Assembly: GCA_004764695.1 (NCBI GenBank) | Contig: SMSO01000032.1 | Location: 7,348,483 to 7,412,482 of the forward strand | Direction of reading: 5' to 3' | Length of the DNA: 64,000 nucleotides | Origin: Schizochytrium sp. TIO01 | Lineage: Eukaryota > Protista > Bigyra: Labyrinthulomycetes | Part shown: in pieces, positions 57,201 through 64,000 of the stretch | Position numbering within the stretch: the stretch's first letter is position 1 | Layout of the letters: each line of letters starts with the position of its first letter | Notes under the pieces: model-generated | What the model was told of the DNA's origin: nothing | Seen by the model: the letters and a program-made list of their open reading frames with translations, nothing else | Databases searched by the model: none | Translations under genes and position numbers: made by a program

Positions 57201-59448
57201 AACCCCCTACTTCAATTTTTTAATTTTCTAATCAACCTTCAACCTTAACTTTGGAAACAGACGCGAGGACACCGCACGCACATCTCAAAAGGTGGCGTGT
57301 TGTCAGGTGGAGCAGCGAGCCTGCTCACAGCCCTCTGCACACCGACACAGAAACTAGGATAGGCTGCTAGACATCCCCAAACTCAGCCTCCACCTCAAGT
57401 TTGTTATGCAACCTTAATCATTCTGCTCTCAGGACCCAACGCAGCAGGTAGTAAGTAAATAAGTAAATGGCGCCCCGCCGCCTTTCGAAGCTGCTGTTAT
57501 TCTTAACAATTCCATCATCATGCCTTCTTCAGCGTGAGGACTCGTTAAAACGCAAGCTCTGTCACCCGGAAATGTCATCCCCATCGTGATTAGGTTTCTG
57601 CCGTCATGGCCGGTCGACGTGTCGATGTGTCAAGCGAGCGGGTCGTGCAATATTTGCTGCAATTTCCAGCACAACCCATGCGCCAGTGCTCGATTGGCGA
57701 GATAGCCTGTGCCACCAGGAGAAGCTGCAACACTCACTGCTGGTTTGCTCGTTAGCTCGCTCACCTGCCGAGAACGCCTCAGGACACAGCTCAAACGCGG
57801 ACAAAGTCAAATCCAAGGCACCGAAAGGGCAATAACGCTCTCTCGCTGCATGCACAGAGCAAAACGAATGGCCAAGCGCGTGAATTCATTCGACTTCGCC
57901 TTCTTCGACGGAGTGCTTCTCATCGGCACCTGCCTTTGCATCTTCTTTTCTTTCCTTCTCCTTCTTTCATACTATCTGCCTCCATACTGTTATTATTGTT
58001 ATTGTTATTATTATCATTATGATTTATTTTAAAGTGAAAAAAACAATTATCAGAGCTTGTTATTCTTTAAAGACGCTTAAAAAGCATATTTCTGCAAGTT
58101 AAAGATTAAATTAATTTGACAACTTCATTCATAAAAAAAGGCACCTATATATATATATATTACTTTTGGCCTTCTTCAAGCCTGCTCACCGCAATTTCGA
58201 GCTCTCGACTAGAACGCTCAGTGGCACACCACCGCACGGTCGTCGGCCGCTACAGTCCCGCTCGATTCCAAGGCAGGACTTCGGGGCGACTTGGCCGCCA
58301 ATCGATCGATGCGCAGAGTGCTGAGGGATCCATTGACTCAGACAGAGACGGAGTGAGTGTGTGTGTTCTGCGAGGTTTCTCTTCTAGCTAGAGGTAGTCT
58401 GAATTAATTGATTAATTAGTTAATTAATTAGAACTGCGCTATCTGCTGCTACGGCTACGGCTACGACCTACTGACGCCTTTGGGAAGTATTCAGGCACAG
58501 ACAGTCCAGCCTCCGCCCTTCTTCCAATATTTTGTGAGGAGCTTCAGCCTAAATTCCCCACAACTCGAGAAGCTGCGAGAAGCTAAGGGCTTCTTCTCCA
58601 TCACTGTTGATACTCCCCCGATGACCCCCTGATTACCTGCGCCGCCATGTGTGCCCGCGGTGCAATTCCTCTGAAGGGTGGGTTGCTGAAGGACTCTTTG
58701 TCGTGGTGGGCAGTTTTGAGAAGTGGGGCAAAAACGCGCGCACCGCCATGCTGGTCAATCGACGAGGAAAGAAAGCTTTGCCACGGACCGCCCAGTCCAA
58801 GACCAAGAGCAAAAGAGCGAGCAAACAGGTCGGCAGACAGGCCGGCAGACAGGCCAGCGATCCGCCATTCACCCATGCACTGATGCGTGTATTTATTTAT
58901 GCATGTTTATGTATGTACGTGTGCATGTGTGTATATCCGCGCGATGGAGGAGAGGTCTGGCGGCGATTCTCCGGTCTTACGAATGAATAAAGTAATTTCA
59001 TTTTATATAAATATTTTTTTAGTTTCAGGGAAAATTCATTTTTATAATTTTTATAATTATTATCACTGTTTATTTATTTATTTATTAACTGCGGCAAATG
59101 TAAATTGAATACCAACTGGCCGTGCTCCTTCCTTTTCCTCAACTGAAAATGAAGCAGGACCTGTTGTGCTCCACCTGCTTCTACACGTGACCAGAAACAG
59201 AAGGCAGATACCTTGCTTTGAAACTGATCTAATGCCAAGTACATTATCTGTGCGAGGTGGCAGTGGTGCCCTTGTGCGTCCTATCGCTTTCCTGAAATGA
59301 ACTCCACCTACTGGAATACTACTGCCGAGGCCACTTTTGAGCAACCGAAAAGGCCTAAAAGAATGAATTCTCTACCGCTCGACTCTTACCGGCACCGCTA
59401 AGAGGTCGCTAGTCGGGATACAGGAGTAAGAAGGAAGCAAAAGCCTGT

Positions 59449-59479
<31 letters not shown>

Positions 59480-59480
59480 A
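59449..59480. repeat. (AGAA)n microsatellite; further tracts nearby: (GATT) ~59870-59935, (AAAC) ~60072-60098, (AAAAG) ~60536-60570
   Basis: Read directly. Confidence 0.9.
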
Positions 59481-61540
59481 CGAAGGTACGTTTCTGTAAA
59501 AGAAGCCAAGTGGCTCATTAGGCACGGCGTGGTTGCCTGCTTGCCTGCGTGGCTGCCTGCGAACGTGGATGTATGGCTGCTGGCTGCATGGCTGGCCTGG
59601 CTCTGCCTCTGCCTTTGGCTAAAGAGCTGCGGCTAGTGCTGGTCTCGATTGCCCGACGGGTGGTCCTCTTGGAGCTGTTTTACATTCACTTTTCATTTCT
59701 CAAGATTGCCATTGGGATTTTTTGTGTTTGTTCTTTTATTATTGCTGTTCTTACTATTCTATAAGAATCGAAAATTGAAAATTGAAGGCGAAGTGCTTTG
59801 TTGCACGAACGAACAAAACGTCGTTTTATCGCACCTACTGTCCTTGTGTTCCTTGGTCCCTTCGTTCCTTGATTGATTGAATGTTGATTGGTCGATTGAA
59901 TGTTGATTGATTGATCAATCGATTGATTGATTGATCGTGGAGATATCTTTGCTTTCTTTATGAATGCTGTTATCGCAATAGCTGGAGGCGCTCTAGCGAA
60001 GCCCTAAGCGGGTGCTAGTCTCAGTGTTTTGCGAAATCAAGACTGAGTTGTGAAAGTTGACGCGGAAAGCCAACAAACAAACAAACAAACAAACAAACAG
60101 AAACAAAGAAACAAATGGAGCCCTGATTCGTTCCGGAAGGGACCACGAGTTAGAAAACTGGCGGCTGAGACACATGTGAGCAAATGCATGCGCCATACCG
60201 AAGTCTGTTCCATCTTCATGGTCACAGGGAACATAGTACGAAAAGAGAAAAGAAATAGAAAACTAGAAGAGGAGAGATACCTAAATAATTAAAAAGAGCG
60301 GCGCCAGGCCTGGAAGTGTGATCATCCGCACTTGCTAGCGGCTACCTACCCAAAACCTCTACCACCTCGTCCACTCACTAGCAGTACCTACCAGCTGATA
60401 ATTCCATCACTCACGAAGCCCCACTTATAGTGTTTTGAGTATCAGAGGGGCTACCCATCGTGAAAGTAGGTCAGGTACTTACTCAATTGCTGAGAGGAAA
60501 TATAAGAAATATATTTACTTTAGAGAAGGAACTTGAAAGAAAAGAAAAGAAAAGAAAAGAGAAGAAAAGAAGGAAGGAAGGGAAGTTTTATAATTAGTTT
60601 AAAAAGAATTAATTTTAACGGAGGAAAAAAAGGTGGGCGGTGCATTGGTTGATAGTCTGTCTGTAGAGAGAAGGAGACTGGGACCAGTGCCCCCGTTGCT
60701 GCAGAGGCAGCGGTAGATAGACATCTTTGAAAGCTCTTTACTTGTTTGTCTACTGTTGGTCTTTTCCATTTATTTGCTTGATATCACCGTTTTTACAACA
60801 ACTTGAGTGTTAAATTTTAATTAAAAAATAAAACAAAGAAACATTCTGGTGGTATATTCTATGTTATTTTAAAAACTTCTTTTAAAGGCTGTTCTTCTTC
60901 TCTTCATTTCTCTCTTCCGGCAACAGGATAAAATATTTTTAGGTTTTTAAGAGGAAAGAAGCAAAGAAGAAGAAGGAAGTAGGAAGAAAGAAAGAGCTTG
61001 TCGAGAGAAACAGAAACGCAGCGGCAAACCTGAATGAGATCAAGTCGCACGACGCAGGCAGTCGGGTATACTAGCGACGGCGCGCCGCGCCCTCGCCCCA
61101 GCGGTGCGTGAGGTGAAGAGCCTAAATACTGATCACGTTCCCAGGAGCGGTCGAAAGTCCTGCCTTAGGTTGCAGGACCGAAGGCCGCGTCGCGGGATCC
61201 ACGCTATTGACGTCAGTGACCCCGCCGGGTTGTCTTGTTCTTTGGCTGTGTTTCTGTTCTCTTAGTAGTAGCAGCCAACTGGTACAACTCCGCCTCGGGC
61301 TTGAGCGCAAGGCGAGCAAAGTCTTCAAGTTTGACGCGAGGCGGCAATTTAGATAGCCACTTGCACAGACTCGGTTGTTTCTCTGGAGTCATTTAGGTTG
61401 ACTTTGTAGGCAAACCGGGAACTTCTATATATATACCAACTTTCCATAACTTCTTTACGGTTGACCTCCGAAGTAGAATTTCAAGTTCAATTTAGAGAAG
61501 GCGGGCGTTGCTCGGGCGCCCGGGTTGAAAGTATCTGAAA

Positions 61541-63700
61541 ATGGCAGCGCTTCCGGGTACGGAGAACTGGCCAGAAATTAGCTTTGCCGAACGACTAAGG
61601 GAAGTCACCCTGGTGTCGAGCGAACTTGTGATTGCACTATGCTACTTTGTGATTCCCGCACTCATTTTCTGGTACACTCGTGGTATTCAAGTCGCAGCCT
61701 TGTTTCTCAAAGTAAGAATATGGTTCATGCTCTTTATCGTATGCTGCGGGTTAACACATTTCTTTGGGTTTCTTGGGTTTTGGTACATCATGCCTAACCT
61801 CGTGGTACTCGGAAAGCTTGCCACGGCCACGGTCTCTGTAGGAACTGTTTGTATTCTGTTGAACTACATGTCAGAGATTCAAACCCTCATGGCTCGTGCA
61901 TCGGCTTTGGAAAGGAGCGTGGAGAAAGCTACCTCACAACTCATCTCACTTAAAACTCGAAATGAGGAACTTGCGCGACTCAAGGAAGAGGCTATTCGCC
62001 TGGCAACGATGCGACAGGAGTTCATCTCTACTGTATCTCATGAGGTCCGTACTCCGCTCCAGAGCATTATCGGCTTTGGCGAAATCCTTGAGCAGAGCGA
62101 CCTCGACCCTTCACAGCAACAGATGCTTAAAACAATGCTTGAGAGCTCAAGAATGCTCTGCACAATCATCAACGACATCCTTGACTTTAGTAAGTATCAA
62201 AAGGATGACTTCGTACTCGAAGATGAACCTTTCCCTATCATGGATGCCATCATCTCCTCTCTTCGCATTTCTTCAAACCGGGCGACTAGTAAAGGTGTTA
62301 CGCTGCGCTACAAAATTTGCAATCGTGTACCTGCCATTGTGTGCGGCGATCTCACTCGTATCGTACAGATTTTATCAAATTTGATCTCTAACGGTGTTAA
62401 GTTCACGCCTGAAGGTGCTGTAAGTGTCCATGTTAATGTCGTCGAATCAAAATATGTTATGGATGCCTGGCTGCAAGACTTTTTCAATAGGCCTTGCACC
62501 TTCACACCCGTTCAGCCTAGTACCGCCAGTGACTTTGCTTCTATTGATGGTGTCGCGACTAAGCCCCGTACAATCAGTGAGACCAGTATAAGCAGCGAGC
62601 ATGAAATCCCTATCCGGCCTAGCTCACCAACTGAAAACTCGAAACTTCTTGAGTCTCACCTCACTCCTCCCTGCGTTGACTCTCCTAGAAAGTCGAGAGG
62701 CCATAACAAAGATCTTCCATATGGTAAAAACCGGGAGGGGCCTTGGGGTATCATGTTACAAGTTATTGACTCTGGTGTTGGTGTTGCTCCAGAATCTTTT
62801 AATCGTATTTTCCGGCGTTTCATGCAGAGCGACACCTCGACCACTCGTATGTTTGGTGGAACTGGCCTTGGTCTGTCTATCGTTCAACAGCTGGCATCTC
62901 GTATGGGAGGTACTATCCATGTCGAAAGTGTCCAAGGGAAAGGTTCGATTTTCACTGTCTTTCTTCAACTGAAACCAACCGAGGACAGTCCCTTGCTCAC
63001 GCCATCGACATCATACGAAGTTCTACCTCCTCCTTCAATCTCACCAAAAACTGACCGTGTTGAAAAGGGACACAAACCCGTTGACATTGCTACTGTTGAG
63101 GACGCCTTACAACAATCGAATAGTGAAGTTGAGTCAAAAGCAGCAGCCGCATCAGAATCCGAGGTACCTCGTCCCAAATCTTTGCCAAAGACACCACCCA
63201 AGTCCGCGAAAAGCAATTCAACTAAGTCGCAGGTTCCAGTGACACCCCACAGAGCAAGGCGCGTTCTTCTTGTTGATGATAACGAGATTAATCGAGCTGT
63301 CACTAAGCCTATGTTACATAAAGCTGGCGTCCCCGATGTCAACACTGCATCCAATGGGCAGCAAGCCTACGAGGAGTTGGAGGATATGTCCGAGCCCTAC
63401 GACGCAGTTTTCCTTGACCTTCATATGCCTGTTATGGATGGATACACCACTGTTGAAAAAATCCGAGCCAATCTCCCCTCGATCGATAATATTCCCATTT
63501 TTGCCTTCACAGCCGCATCCTTTGACAATAAGGAAAGCCAGGAGCTTCGCGAGAAGGGTTTCTCGGGAATTGTTACTAAGCCTTGCACTCTTGCTCGCAT
63601 TAAAAAGGCTCTCGACCTCACGATCGAATATAAGGAGAAGTTGATCTCCGAGGATGAACTCTTCACGCGCAGTGAAATGATCTGCTCGCAGCGCAACTAA
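61541..63700 (+). CDS. Hybrid histidine kinase with N-terminal ethylene-receptor-like (ETR1-type) three-TM sensor, HisKA, HATPase and receiver domains
   Basis: Sensor: SELVIALCYFVIP / FMLFIVCCGLTH / KLATATVS. H-box SHEVRTPL, N-box QILSNLISNGVKFT, G1 VIDSGVG, G2 GGTGLGLSI, receiver LLVDDN...DLHMPVMDG...TKP. Confidence 0.93.
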   Translation: MAALPGTENWPEISFAERLREVTLVSSELVIALCYFVIPALIFWYTRGIQVAALFLKVRIWFMLFIVCCGLTHFFGFLGFWYIMPNLVVLGKLATATVSVGTVCILLNYMSEIQTLMARASALERSVEKATSQLISLKTRNEELARLKEEAIRLATMRQEFISTVSHEVRTPLQSIIGFGEILEQSDLDPSQQQMLKTMLESSRMLCTIINDILDFSKYQKDDFVLEDEPFPIMDAIISSLRISSNRATSKGVTLRYKICNRVPAIVCGDLTRIVQILSNLISNGVKFTPEGAVSVHVNVVESKYVMDAWLQDFFNRPCTFTPVQPSTASDFASIDGVATKPRTISETSISSEHEIPIRPSSPTENSKLLESHLTPPCVDSPRKSRGHNKDLPYGKNREGPWGIMLQVIDSGVGVAPESFNRIFRRFMQSDTSTTRMFGGTGLGLSIVQQLASRMGGTIHVESVQGKGSIFTVFLQLKPTEDSPLLTPSTSYEVLPPPSISPKTDRVEKGHKPVDIATVEDALQQSNSEVESKAAAASESEVPRPKSLPKTPPKSAKSNSTKSQVPVTPHRARRVLLVDDNEINRAVTKPMLHKAGVPDVNTASNGQQAYEELEDMSEPYDAVFLDLHMPVMDGYTTVEKIRANLPSIDNIPIFAFTAASFDNKESQELREKGFSGIVTKPCTLARIKKALDLTIEYKEKLISEDELFTRSEMICSQRN

Positions 63701-64000
63701 AGTTCCTTCGCGTATGAAGATCCTTGAATAAGGGATCATCCAAGACAAGCGCTCCTACCTTGCTTGCCAGCAGGAAATGTTCACTTGTCCACTCGGGTAG
63801 GCCCTGCTTCGGGAGTTTATAGTTTATAAAATCTCAGAAGCTCATTTCACATTTCGGAGATTCTGAGTCAACAACTAATTTCTCCTCTGCCTATTAGGAG
63901 GTATGATGCATATATCTCTTCCTTATTGCCTTGTCTCTATTTTCAAAAGTTCATAAGTCATGGGAGGCTTACTCCCTACTTTGTTTGGTCAGCGTTGCAA

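Noticed and set aside
50525-63700. Functional link between SCO1 (copper chaperone) and the copper-dependent ethylene-receptor-like kinase
   Set aside because: They are 10 kb apart, SCO1 is mitochondrial, and eukaryotic neighbours are usually unrelated.

Overview
Eukaryotic nuclear DNA, not prokaryotic: it has GT-AG spliceosomal introns, Arp3, syntaxin-5, DCN1, RPAIN, SCO1, intron-containing tRNA-Tyr genes and many tetranucleotide microsatellites. The gene set and sparse introns suggest a heterotrophic stramenopile protist, possibly a thraustochytrid (inference). About 17 protein genes are supported, plus a tandem array of 8 intact tRNA-Tyr(GTA) genes and 1 pseudocopy. Most notable: (i) two decayed copies of one IS607-type/Fanzor2 (eukaryotic TnpB) transposon family at ~12.1-12.6 kb (-) and ~34.8-35.6 kb (+). 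The second still carries a TnpA serine-recombinase remnant, and both share a gap-free 66-nt non-coding 3' block (51/66 identical) where the omegaRNA scaffold is expected. (ii) An ETR1-like ethylene-binding hybrid histidine kinase preceded by ~10 kb with no long ORF. (iii) A DUF1853-like PD-(D/E)XK domain fused to an EXD3/mut-7-like 3'-5' exonuclease. (iv) A back-to-back pair of degenerate hammerhead-like motifs. (v) Several membrane proteins with odd or degenerate architectures. All family calls are by eye from motifs; no searches were run.
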